Positions 49,144 through 58,497 of a stretch of DNA of 64,000 nucleotides are shown one piece after another (the first letter of the stretch is position 1; each line of letters begins with the position of its first letter). This DNA comes from Promethearchaeota archaeon. Lineage in GTDB: Archaea > Asgardarchaeota > Lokiarchaeia > Sigyniarchaeales > SOKP01. Under the pieces are notes generated by a model. It was not told the origin of the DNA. It ran no database searches and worked only from the letters and a program-made list of their open reading frames with translations. The position numbers were made by a program, and so were the translations under genes. Location: the NCBI GenBank assembly GCA_048937405.1, contig JBHLNF010000010.1, forward strand, positions 75,764-139,763, read 5' to 3'.

Positions 49144-50316
49144 TTATAGAGGAACTATTTTTCCATTTTTTATTAAGTATTTTTCCTTTAGTATATTTGG
49201 ATTTTCCATAATTGTTTTCATGAGGTGGGCATCAGTTTTTTTCTTTTTCTCAAAAATATTAAGTATTGGTGTTTCACCAATAGCCATTTGTGCTAATTCA
49301 GTAATATAATATGAATTGATATTCTTTTTAATAGCATATGTCGATAAATTTGAAAGACACCCTGTGCAAATATGAGCTATTATATCTGCATTTATATTTT
49401 CTGCTTCTGATATTCTCTCTTCTGCGGTTTTAGTTCCCATAGCTCTACTTGATGCAGAAACAGGCAAACCACAACAATGAGAATTTTCTCGATTGTATTT
49501 CATTTCTACAACCTCTGCGCCAAGAATCTCAAGAAATTCCCTTGGACCATCGTATATTTTCTTGTCGTATCTCCTCCACGTGCAGGGATCTTGAAATGCG
49601 ATTCTTTTATTTATCTTTTGTTTGATTTTGAACTCACCTTTATGATATTTTTCAATAAAATAATCAATAACAGTTTGAGCTTCTATGTTAAAGTCTTCAA
49701 TAATCGAAGGATAAGTAAATCTAATCATAGTATCACATCCTGGACAGAAAGTAATAAGTTTTTTTATTCCAAGTGTCTTGAGTTTTTCATATAATTCTAA
49801 TCCTTTTATTTTACCCTCTTCTTCACCAAAACAAGAATATGCATAAGCAGAACAACAATATTTCATTCCACCCAATAAGGGGAAATCCTCAAACAATTTG
49901 GTTTTAGCCAACTCTTGATAAAAATAAGAAATACCACACCCCAAATAGAACATTGTATCACATTTTGGGGGATTTTCATATTTAATTATTTGTTGTTGTT
50001 TTTGCTCCTTATCAATCTCAAATCCAATTGCCATTAAGTTATAAGGCATTTCTTCACTAATAATTCCTAAACCTCTAACACCATTCTCACGATAGTTTTT
50101 CAATCGTATTTCTCTTATTAGTTCAATTGGATTTGATCCCATAGGACAAATTATATTACAGTAACCACAACCTGTACATTCTTTAATTATTTTTTCTGAT
50201 GTTTTCGTCTCAATCATTTTAATAACTTCTTCTTTAGCTTTCTGTATAGGCATTTGAATTGTTGGACACTGTTCAAGACATATACCACATTTTAGACAAG
50301 TTTCTTCATTAAAAAT
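49144..50316 (-). CDS. Fe-S oxidoreductase with CCG domains (HdrD/GlpC-like)
   Basis: CTGCGYCNIICP plus an upstream in-frame CLKCGICLEQCP, YLGC, CCS, CPGC, QDPC and CCG. Proposed start is ATT 50316 behind GAGGT. Confidence 0.88.
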   Translation of the reverse strand: MFNEETCLKCGICLEQCPTIQMPIQKAKEEVIKMIETKTSEKIIKECTGCGYCNIICPMGSNPIELIREIRLKNYRENGVRGLGIISEEMPYNLMAIGFEIDKEQKQQQIIKYENPPKCDTMFYLGCGISYFYQELAKTKLFEDFPLLGGMKYCCSAYAYSCFGEEEGKIKGLELYEKLKTLGIKKLITFCPGCDTMIRFTYPSIIEDFNIEAQTVIDYFIEKYHKGEFKIKQKINKRIAFQDPCTWRRYDKKIYDGPREFLEILGAEVVEMKYNRENSHCCGLPVSASSRAMGTKTAEERISEAENINADIIAHICTGCLSNLSTYAIKKNINSYYITELAQMAIGETPILNIFEKKKKTDAHLMKTIMENPNILKEKYLIKNGKIVPL

Positions 50317-50347
50317 TTTAATAACCTCAAATATTTTATTTTAAAAT

Positions 50348-51829
50348 TTAATAATTCCCTATTATTCCATCCCAAGCTTTTCGTTCTTTTTCGAACAATG
50401 CATTAACAACTTTACATTCTTTTCCAAATAATAGTGTAGCTCTTTTTTCCTTATCATAAGCGGGCCATTTTGGAATTCCATCATGGTTTGGATTTCCAGT
50501 ACGAGCAAATGAAAGCCAAGCATCCATCATATTTTCAGGTAAATTTTCTACATCACTGACATCACCCAATAATAATAACATACCTGGTTGATCAAGAGTA
50601 TTAAATACAAAGGGGAGTTCAAGAGCATGACAAGCGCCATATTTCCCATTAAATGCCTTAGATTCCCATGTAAAAAGGTAATTATAAGTATTTTGTTGAA
50701 ATTGGGATTGTGCTTCAAGCATCTGAAGTGTTGCAACTCGAAACATTAGATCAGTAGCAATAGAATCCAACAATTCTTTAGGATTATTTAATAAAAGTTC
50801 TGGTTGAGCTTCTTTGTAAATATCCATAATATTTCTTGCTTTTTCAGAATTTATTCCATATGTGCTTAAGTACCCAATTATTGCTTTTTCATCTTTTATT
50901 TCACGTGTAATTGGATTCAAGGCAGTAAAAAGTTTAGCTTCATGTAGATTAGTTCCCATCATTAAATCGATATTTTTTAACTTTCCTTCCTTGAATAAAG
51001 TTAAAGGATGTGCGAGAATTATATCACCATCTATATAAGGTCGAAAAACTAGCCCTCCTTTTTTTGTGATTTCATTTTGTACTTTCATTATTTCTTCTGT
51101 GGGTATTTTCCGTAAAGCATCAAAATCTCCTTCTTTAATCCCAAGAGCCTTTAAAATATCTTTTGAAACTTGTTCTGATACTTTAGGATTGATTGTTGGC
51201 ATACTTTGTGCGATAATCCGACGATAAAGTCCATCTGCAATAGGCATTGCCGCAATAGTGATAACTGAATAGGCACCAGCAGATTCTCCAAAAATCGTAA
51301 TATTATTTGGATCACCTCCAAATTTATCAATATTATCATGAACCCATTTTAATGCTAAAACCTGATCTAATTGTCCTACATTTGCAGTTTCTCCGGGAAC
51401 GTAGAGATACCCAAATATGCCCAATCTGTAATTTATTGTTACTATGACAATATCACCACGTTGAGCTAAGGGTGCCCCGTCATAAGTTGGTGCTCTACTT
51501 CCTCCTATAAGATAACCCCCACCGTGTATCCAAAACATTACTGGTCTTTTTTTATTATCAATACCGGGAGTCCAAATATTAAGTGTTAAACAATCCTCAC
51601 TTTCAGGTTGAAGTTTTCCGGTTAATTTGGTAAGATCTGAATATGCTTGAAATGCACAGGGTCCAAATTCCATAGTTTCTAACACACCTTCCCAAGATTT
51701 TTTGACTTGAGGCGGTTTAAATCGTAACTCATCAATAGGTGGCTTTGCAAAAGGAATACCTTTAAAGATTTCCAAATTATTTTCGGTATAACCTTTTATT
51801 TTTCCAAAAGTAGTTTGTACAATTGTCAT
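50348..51829 (-). CDS. Type-B carboxylesterase (pNB esterase-like)
   Basis: FKGIPFA.PP...LRF.PP, SEDCLTLN, WIHGGG, FGESAG and HALEL. Confidence 0.94.
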   Translation of the reverse strand: MTIVQTTFGKIKGYTENNLEIFKGIPFAKPPIDELRFKPPQVKKSWEGVLETMEFGPCAFQAYSDLTKLTGKLQPESEDCLTLNIWTPGIDNKKRPVMFWIHGGGYLIGGSRAPTYDGAPLAQRGDIVIVTINYRLGIFGYLYVPGETANVGQLDQVLALKWVHDNIDKFGGDPNNITIFGESAGAYSVITIAAMPIADGLYRRIIAQSMPTINPKVSEQVSKDILKALGIKEGDFDALRKIPTEEIMKVQNEITKKGGLVFRPYIDGDIILAHPLTLFKEGKLKNIDLMMGTNLHEAKLFTALNPITREIKDEKAIIGYLSTYGINSEKARNIMDIYKEAQPELLLNNPKELLDSIATDLMFRVATLQMLEAQSQFQQNTYNYLFTWESKAFNGKYGACHALELPFVFNTLDQPGMLLLLGDVSDVENLPENMMDAWLSFARTGNPNHDGIPKWPAYDKEKRATLLFGKECKVVNALFEKERKAWDGIIGNY

Positions 51830-52124
51830 AATTTCATAAAAATCTGCAATAAATATAAACTATATATTTAATAGAAAATTGATTAAAATTTTCATTTTTA
51901 CCTTATATTAAATAAGCTTTCTTATTCTCTTTCCTTTAAGACAATATTTATTTATCTATCCTAAAATATATTGTTTAACAGGTTCATTATACTTATGAAA
52001 CAATTATAAGGTTTGAATTCTAACTTGAAATATTAAAACTGGAATAAAATTTCTAGCTTTAATAGATATTTTTATTATTAAAATAAGTTATTATCTTTGA
52101 AATAATAGATTCTTTAATACCTTT

Positions 52125-52889
52125 TCATTTGATACCGTATAATAAGCCCATAGTTTTCAATTCAGCCTTGATCATTTTGGGCATAGTTATCTCATCTACT
52201 GTTTCAATAAAGTTAACCTGTTGAATTCCCCAGTCCTTTATTTGTCTTATTAAATCCTCAATTGCTCCATATCTTCTCTTATTTAAAAAGGTATCCTGTA
52301 GGGAGAATTTACCTCCCTTCTTTAAAACTCGTAAGGATTCATTGATGAGCTCTCTTTTATCTCTTGTATCTCTGACTTCATGATATACAAAATTACTTAC
52401 AATCACATCAAATTCACCATCTTCAAAAGGCAAATCTGAGGCACTTGCTTTCTGAAATAAGATTTGATCTGCTACTCCCTCATGTTTAGCATTTTCTTCG
52501 CATTGTTGTTTTGAATAATCCCAGGTTTTTCCCCAATAATCAATTCCCCATATGTTAGATTCAGGAAACTTTTTTGCTAGTTGAATTGCCAATCCTCCTG
52601 ATCCTGTCCCAACGTCAAGTGCTTTTCCTTGTCCATTCCAAAGTAATTTCTGTATAACTAAATTCCATGTTTTATATTGAAATGCTTTATTATTTGCTGA
52701 AAAATAAAAATAAAGATGCATCATAAACATGAAGGGTAAAAGCCATACTCCCGCTAATATCCATAATACAATTTTTATTATTGAAAGTATTGGAAATAAT
52801 GTAGGAATTAATAATACTAAAAATACTCCTAAAAAGAAATATATTACACTTCGAGGAACCCAATTTCCATAATTTATTGATTCATCCAT
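52125..52889 (-). CDS. Class I SAM-dependent methyltransferase with N-terminal TM hairpin
   Basis: LDVGTGSG, LPFEDGEFD and E..RVLKKGG. Confidence 0.9.
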   Translation of the reverse strand: MDESINYGNWVPRSVIYFFLGVFLVLLIPTLFPILSIIKIVLWILAGVWLLPFMFMMHLYFYFSANNKAFQYKTWNLVIQKLLWNGQGKALDVGTGSGGLAIQLAKKFPESNIWGIDYWGKTWDYSKQQCEENAKHEGVADQILFQKASASDLPFEDGEFDVIVSNFVYHEVRDTRDKRELINESLRVLKKGGKFSLQDTFLNKRRYGAIEDLIRQIKDWGIQQVNFIETVDEITMPKMIKAELKTMGLLYGIK

Positions 52890-52947
52890 TTCATATCACT
52901 ATTATTTGTTCTTTTTAAGTATTGATAATATATGATAATATTTAAAT

Positions 52948-52961
52948 TTAGGCATGCCTAA
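52948..52961. promoter_or_regulatory. Perfect 14-bp palindrome TTAGGCATGCCTAA, candidate operator
   Basis: Self-complementary. Abuts minus-strand TTTAAAT about 60 nt upstream of the methyltransferase start. Confidence 0.45.
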
Positions 52962-53147
52962 TTCGGATTATTAAAGATCATAAAATAGTCATGAATGAGA
53001 AGAATATATCCAACTAACGGACTATTATAATGGTCTTTAATATCTCAAATATTTTTTAATTTCTAAATGATAATTTAATCAGAGATTAATAATCGTTTTG
53101 AATTTAAATTGCAATATTATACATGATTGTACTTAATAGTAGAAGAT

Positions 53148-54182
53148 TTAATGGCATTCACCTTCTATAATATAGAGAGCTAGTGGCGTAGGTATAATTT
53201 TAGTTAATTTAAATCCTGCATTGTTAAAAAGTTCTCGAAATTCACTTTCTGTACGTTCACGCCCTTCTCCAAGTATCATCATCTCTATATCTCCCATTAT
53301 TTCATCTCCTAATCCGCTTTTCAATGAAATCACTTTGTCTATGACTAGTAATTTACCGTATGAATTGATACAGTCTCGACAATTTCGTAAAATCTTTAAG
53401 GCATTCTCATCGCTCCAATCATGAATAACATATTTCATAATGTACGCATCTGCTCCTTTTGGAACACTCTGTAAGAAATCACCTCCATTGACTTTACATC
53501 GATCACTCATATTTTTCTTTTCTATATTTTTTCTTGCTCTGTCTGCTACTTCTGGCAGATCATATAAAACTCCCTGTAAAGATGGATTGTTTTTGAGGAT
53601 TGCCATTAAGAGATAACCTTCTCCACCCCCAACATCTACAATAGTTCTGAAGTTGGAAAAATCATAGGATTTAACTATCTGCATTGCTTGACCGTTAGAA
53701 AAAAACGTCATTGCATCACTCAGGTTGTTAAAATCTTCTGGATTCTTTTGAAAGTATTCAAAACCTTTCGTTCCATATATCTCCCAAAAAGACGGCTTAC
53801 CTGTTTTTACGCTATATAAAAGATTCATCCAAGATCTACTATGCCATTCGCTCCCATTTAATATCGCCCAATCCTTCACAGAAAATGGTATGTCTGTTCT
53901 TAAAAGGTTGGAAACATCTGTTAATGAAAAAATTTCTGGTGATTCTTCATAAAATACTCCCATACGATCCAAAACGCGTAATACACGATAAAGACTTGAA
54001 GTATGAGTCTTCGTCGCAATAGAGAGTTCTTTTACAGACTTTGGTCCATCTGCTAGTAAATCAGCTATTCCTAATTTGGCTGCAACGGATATTACATGTG
54101 TATATGTTTTTCCTGCTATATAAGTCATTAGTTGAGCTATAGGGGATTGTCTAGAGGCTCTTTGATTTTGCTTTTCTTTCAT
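53148..54182 (-). CDS. O-methyltransferase (Methyltransf_2, dimerisation domain)
   Basis: AAKLGIADLL..GP, VDVGGGEG, GGDF, KYVIHDWSD and G.ERT..EF. Confidence 0.92.
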   Translation of the reverse strand: MKEKQNQRASRQSPIAQLMTYIAGKTYTHVISVAAKLGIADLLADGPKSVKELSIATKTHTSSLYRVLRVLDRMGVFYEESPEIFSLTDVSNLLRTDIPFSVKDWAILNGSEWHSRSWMNLLYSVKTGKPSFWEIYGTKGFEYFQKNPEDFNNLSDAMTFFSNGQAMQIVKSYDFSNFRTIVDVGGGEGYLLMAILKNNPSLQGVLYDLPEVADRARKNIEKKNMSDRCKVNGGDFLQSVPKGADAYIMKYVIHDWSDENALKILRNCRDCINSYGKLLVIDKVISLKSGLGDEIMGDIEMMILGEGRERTESEFRELFNNAGFKLTKIIPTPLALYIIEGECH

Positions 54183-54379
54183 TTTCTTTCAGCTTAATAA
54201 TTATGTTTTGATCAACTAGATTATATTTAAAGGTTAATATGCATAAATATACAGAAATTAATATTAATTTCTAATTTTCTAATTTACACTAGTTTTGCTA
54301 TATTACATATTAAAACCAATATGCTTAGCATATTCTACGTTAGTGAATGTAATTAGTTCAATAAAACAATCAAATTTAA

Positions 54380-54582
54380 TTAACTCTCATAGACTGAACG
54401 ACCAATTTTATAAGAATTTTTGATAACTTCTCCGAAGGCTCTAGAATCTTCATCATTTGTACTTAAGGACATTAATTTAGGTTTTTTGAAATAATTTTTA
54501 CCTTTTTTAAATATTCCTTAATTGCATAAGTATCTACGATTTCACCGATAAAAATATAATGAGATTCTCCAAAATCAATAAT
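54380..54582 (-). pseudogene. Remnant of a flavin reductase/flavoredoxin gene (C-terminal part)
   Basis: IIDFGESHYIFIGEIVDTY..KEYL, frameshift in an A-run at about 54503-54508, then ...GEVIKNSYKIGRS*. The N-terminal part is missing or stop-laden. Confidence 0.55.
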
Positions 54583-54634
54583 TTTAATTTAGAGAACTTA
54601 AAAGCACTGATTAATCCCAACTCATTATGGAATA

Positions 54635-55735
54635 TTAGTCAACTTCAATAAACTTCGGAGTAGGTATAAATACTTTTCTTAATCCTGTTTTTTTCAGAGT
54701 TATAGCTTTCTCAGGACAATGATGAGCACAGACTCCACATCCAATACATCTTTCTACATTCACAATAGAATGATTACCTTCCAACTTTGTTGCTTCCATA
54801 GGGCATTTTTCAACGCAAATATCACAACCAATACATTTCTCTGGATCAACAATTGCTATGGAAGATGTCAGCGTATGAAAAGGAAAAATCCCTCGTTTAA
54901 AGAATTGAAAGATCTGACAACAACATGTACAACAATTACAAATAGTTAGTTCCTCTAATTCAGGATTTCGCTTAGCATGGAATGCTTTATGTACAACACC
55001 ATAATCTTCAGCTTTTTTTACCATTTTAAGTGCGTCTTCTTTCGAGATAGGTTCTGCAAAATCGTGATCTATAAGGAATTTAGCCCAACTTCCAAAACAT
55101 AGACAATTAATATCTGAAATACCTAATTTACATGGTTCATTCAGGTTTTCTTTCCAACTTCTACAATAGCAGTGATTGGTACTAATTAAATCGTTTTTTT
55201 CTATAATCTTTTTTATATCTTCATAAGGTAAAACTAATTCCTGACCCACCTCAACTTCTTCTTCAACAGGAATAACTCGATCTAAAGGTGGAGTATCCTT
55301 AAAATGTTTTTCTATCACTTCATTAAAATTTTGAGCCCATTTCTTCAACTCATCAAAAAATTTATGGTATAATTTGGCTAATTTTTTCTGTTTTTCACCT
55401 CTTTCACCTCTCATAAATGGAAATTCAAAAAGTCCGTAAAGAGGAGTACTTAAATGATAAACCATGATGCCCGTTGTTCTACTCGGGATTCCTACTAGTA
55501 TTCCCTTATTCATTAATCCCTTGAGCATATTATTTAATGCCGCATCGTCCAATTCAGTTTTAGCTTTGATTTGATTAATATTCAATGAACGCTTTCTAAA
55601 AATCTGAAGAAATTTAATTTGATCTTCGGTTATTAGAGTTCTTAATATCTCTAAGAATGTATCGTTGACCGAAAAAGGGATTACTCCCGCATTTATAAAA
55701 TTTCTTGCTACTTTATTCCATAATTTTTCTGAAAT
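54635..55735 (-). CDS. 4Fe-4S binding protein (wHTH-like N-terminus, C-terminal 2x[4Fe-4S])
   Basis: CYCR, ICNCCTCCC, CIGCDICVEKCP and CIGCGVCAHHCP. The frame extends 50 codons upstream to ATT 55735 behind GAGGTGA. Confidence 0.88.
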   Translation of the reverse strand: MSEKLWNKVARNFINAGVIPFSVNDTFLEILRTLITEDQIKFLQIFRKRSLNINQIKAKTELDDAALNNMLKGLMNKGILVGIPSRTTGIMVYHLSTPLYGLFEFPFMRGERGEKQKKLAKLYHKFFDELKKWAQNFNEVIEKHFKDTPPLDRVIPVEEEVEVGQELVLPYEDIKKIIEKNDLISTNHCYCRSWKENLNEPCKLGISDINCLCFGSWAKFLIDHDFAEPISKEDALKMVKKAEDYGVVHKAFHAKRNPELEELTICNCCTCCCQIFQFFKRGIFPFHTLTSSIAIVDPEKCIGCDICVEKCPMEATKLEGNHSIVNVERCIGCGVCAHHCPEKAITLKKTGLRKVFIPTPKFIEVD

Positions 55736-56106
55736 TTTTATTCACCTCATTGATTTTATTGGATATTTTAATGATAATTAAAGTAAAAATTCTATATATC
55801 TCTATTTTTTTATAACAATCTTCTTTATATCTCTTGAGATTGACAAGAAATAGTTATTTATATTTCAAAATATTAAAAATCCTCTTTATTCAATTGAGAA
55901 TTAGAGAGTTGATTGGATTTTTGAAAATATGGATTTTCCCGGATCACATGAAAGAACTCAACCTTTTCATATTATATCCAAGCATTATTTAAGCTCTAGG
56001 TAATAAAGGATTAAAAGAACTCCTTTTCTAATAATATTCAAATTAAATTTATATATGATCGTCGCTATTAGACAACTTAACTACTTTAAGTAAAGTGGGG
56101 TTTTAT

Positions 56107-58422
56107 ATGAAGAAATTCAAATTTAAATTGAAAAACAAAAACAAAATAAAAATTTTACCAATAGTACTACTTATTATGGCATTTTTAATAATCCCAAATG
56201 TATTATTTGGAACTAAGAGAGATATTAAAGTACATAGTGAAGAAAAGGTTATCAATGGATTTACCTCTCCATATGATCTCAAAGAATCCTCTGTCTATTA
56301 CGAAAATACAACCGGAGAAGCAAATGGAGTCTATGTGGACGGAGATTATGTATATATAGCTGCAGGTAGTTCAGGTTTAGCAGTAATAGATATTTCAGAT
56401 CCAACCAATCCTGGTACTCCAGTATATGAGGATACCACTGGAGAAGCCTCAGGAGTTTATGTGGATGGAGATTATGCTTATGTGGCAGATGGATCAAGTG
56501 GGTTGGCAGTTATTGATATTACAGATCCAACCACCCCGGGTACTCCAGTATATGAGGATACAACTGGAAGTGCCGTTGATATATTTATTAGTGGAAATTA
56601 TGCTTTTTTGGCAGATTATAATTTGGGATTAATGATAGTAGAAATCTCAGATCCGACCAACCCAGATACTCCAGTATATAAGGGGTCTGTTGGAAGTTCC
56701 ACAGGAGTTTATGTGGATGGAGATTATGCTTATGTGGCTGGCACAAATGGGTTGACAGTTATAGATGTTTCAGATCCAGCTAATCCTGGTACTCCAGTAT
56801 ATGAGGATATCAGCGAAGGGGCAGAGGACGTTTATGTTAGTGGAAATTATGCTTATTTAGCGGGTGGCACAAGTGGGTTGGCAGTTATAGATATTTCAGA
56901 TCCAACCAATCCTAGTACTCCAGTATATGAGGATACCACTGGAGAAGCCTCAGGAGTTTATGTGGATGGAGATTATGCTTATGTGGCAGATGGATCAAGT
57001 GGGTTGGCAGTTATTGATATTACAGATCCAATCTCCCCAGGTACTCCAGTATATGAGAATACCACTGGAGAAGCCTTAAGAGTTTATGTAGATGGAAACT
57101 ATGCTTATGTGGCAGATGGATCAAGTGGGTTGGCAGTTATTGATATTGCAGATCCAACTTCCCCAGGTACTCCAGTATATAAGGATACCACTGGAAGTGC
57201 CGTTGATATAATTATTAGTGGAAATTATGCTTATGTGGCGGATGATGATGAAGGCATAGTAACTATTAATATATCTGATCCAACCCATCTAGATGAACTT
57301 TCTAATGTGGAATGGACTGGATATAAATACGGTGTTTATGTGAGTGGAGATTTTCTTTATGCAGCTGCAGATGGTGATGGATTAATGGTATTCAATATTT
57401 CCGATCCTGCACACCCTGCAAATCCTGTTACTGTAAATACATTTGGAGTCCCTTATGATGTTTATGTAAGTGGAGATTATGCTTACGTGGCAAATGGAGC
57501 AGCAGGTTTGGCGGTTGTTGATATTTCAGATCCCACAAGTCCAGGACTCCTCGTAACAGTTCCTATTATTGGGGGGACAGCTTATGAGATATATATAAGT
57601 GGAGACTATGCCTATATAGCAGATGGAACAAACGGTTTGGCGGTTGTTGATATTTCAAATCCTACAAGTCCAGGACTCATCGGATTTCAGGATACCTATG
57701 GAGAAGCCTTAGGAGTTTATGTGAGTGGAGATTATGCCTACTTGACAAGTGGACCAGCAGGTTTGGCGGTTGTTAATATTTCAGATCCTACAATTCTAGG
57801 ACTTGCCGCATTACATGACACCACTGGAGAAGCCTCAGGAGTTTATGTGAGTGGAGATTATGCCTATGTAGCAGATGGATCAAGTGGTTTGGTGGTTGTT
57901 GATATTTCAGATCCAACAAGTCCAGGAGTCGCCGCATTACAGGACACTACTGGAGGTGCCTTAGGAGTTTATGTGAGTGGAGATTATGCCTATGTAGCAG
58001 ATGGATCAAGTGGTTTGGCGGTAATTAAAATCCGGAATAGAGTTGATATGATAGATCCAATAATAACAACAGCTCCAAGTGATTTTTCCGTTGATGAAGG
58101 ATATACAGGAGTAAATATCTCATGGACGGCAACAGATTCTAACCCTAGCATATATACGATTGGCCTCGAGGGAACTGGAACTGTTGTTAGTGCTACACCA
58201 TGGTCAAATGGTATAGCTGTTGTTTATCTTGTTCCAGATGGAGCGCCTGCGGGGGAATATGACTATACAATTACCTTTACTGATGATGCTGCTAATCTTG
58301 TTACTGATACAGTAACTATGACTGTTAAATCTGAAAGGGGAATTTCTTTTGGTAACTTTTTCATAATTTTTCTAGTAATTGGAATAATTTCATTAGTGAT
58401 TATCCAAAAACGAAAAAATTAG
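56107..58422 (+). CDS. LVIVD-repeat cell-surface protein with Ig-like domain and C-terminal TM anchor
   Basis: 14 repeats of V.V.G[DN]YAYVA.G..GLAVIDISDP..P, signal-like N-terminus, ISFG + TM + KRK tail. Confidence 0.92.
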   Translation: MKKFKFKLKNKNKIKILPIVLLIMAFLIIPNVLFGTKRDIKVHSEEKVINGFTSPYDLKESSVYYENTTGEANGVYVDGDYVYIAAGSSGLAVIDISDPTNPGTPVYEDTTGEASGVYVDGDYAYVADGSSGLAVIDITDPTTPGTPVYEDTTGSAVDIFISGNYAFLADYNLGLMIVEISDPTNPDTPVYKGSVGSSTGVYVDGDYAYVAGTNGLTVIDVSDPANPGTPVYEDISEGAEDVYVSGNYAYLAGGTSGLAVIDISDPTNPSTPVYEDTTGEASGVYVDGDYAYVADGSSGLAVIDITDPISPGTPVYENTTGEALRVYVDGNYAYVADGSSGLAVIDIADPTSPGTPVYKDTTGSAVDIIISGNYAYVADDDEGIVTINISDPTHLDELSNVEWTGYKYGVYVSGDFLYAAADGDGLMVFNISDPAHPANPVTVNTFGVPYDVYVSGDYAYVANGAAGLAVVDISDPTSPGLLVTVPIIGGTAYEIYISGDYAYIADGTNGLAVVDISNPTSPGLIGFQDTYGEALGVYVSGDYAYLTSGPAGLAVVNISDPTILGLAALHDTTGEASGVYVSGDYAYVADGSSGLVVVDISDPTSPGVAALQDTTGGALGVYVSGDYAYVADGSSGLAVIKIRNRVDMIDPIITTAPSDFSVDEGYTGVNISWTATDSNPSIYTIGLEGTGTVVSATPWSNGIAVVYLVPDGAPAGEYDYTITFTDDAANLVTDTVTMTVKSERGISFGNFFIIFLVIGIISLVIIQKRKN
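56300..58030 (+). repeat. ~126-nt coding tandem repeats (LVIVD blades)
   Basis: Recurrent units. 56414-56530 is identical to 56915-57031 (117 nt). Confidence 0.9.
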
Positions 58423-58497
58423 CTAATTCATAATTGAGATTTTTTTTTTTATTTATTTCTTTATTTTTTTTGACTAATTAGAATTATCCCCGTTAAT

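Noticed and set aside
56300-58030. Near-identical repeats as a DGR template/variable pair
   Set aside because: All copies are in-frame blades of one gene, differences are not adenine-specific, and there is no reverse transcriptase in the window.
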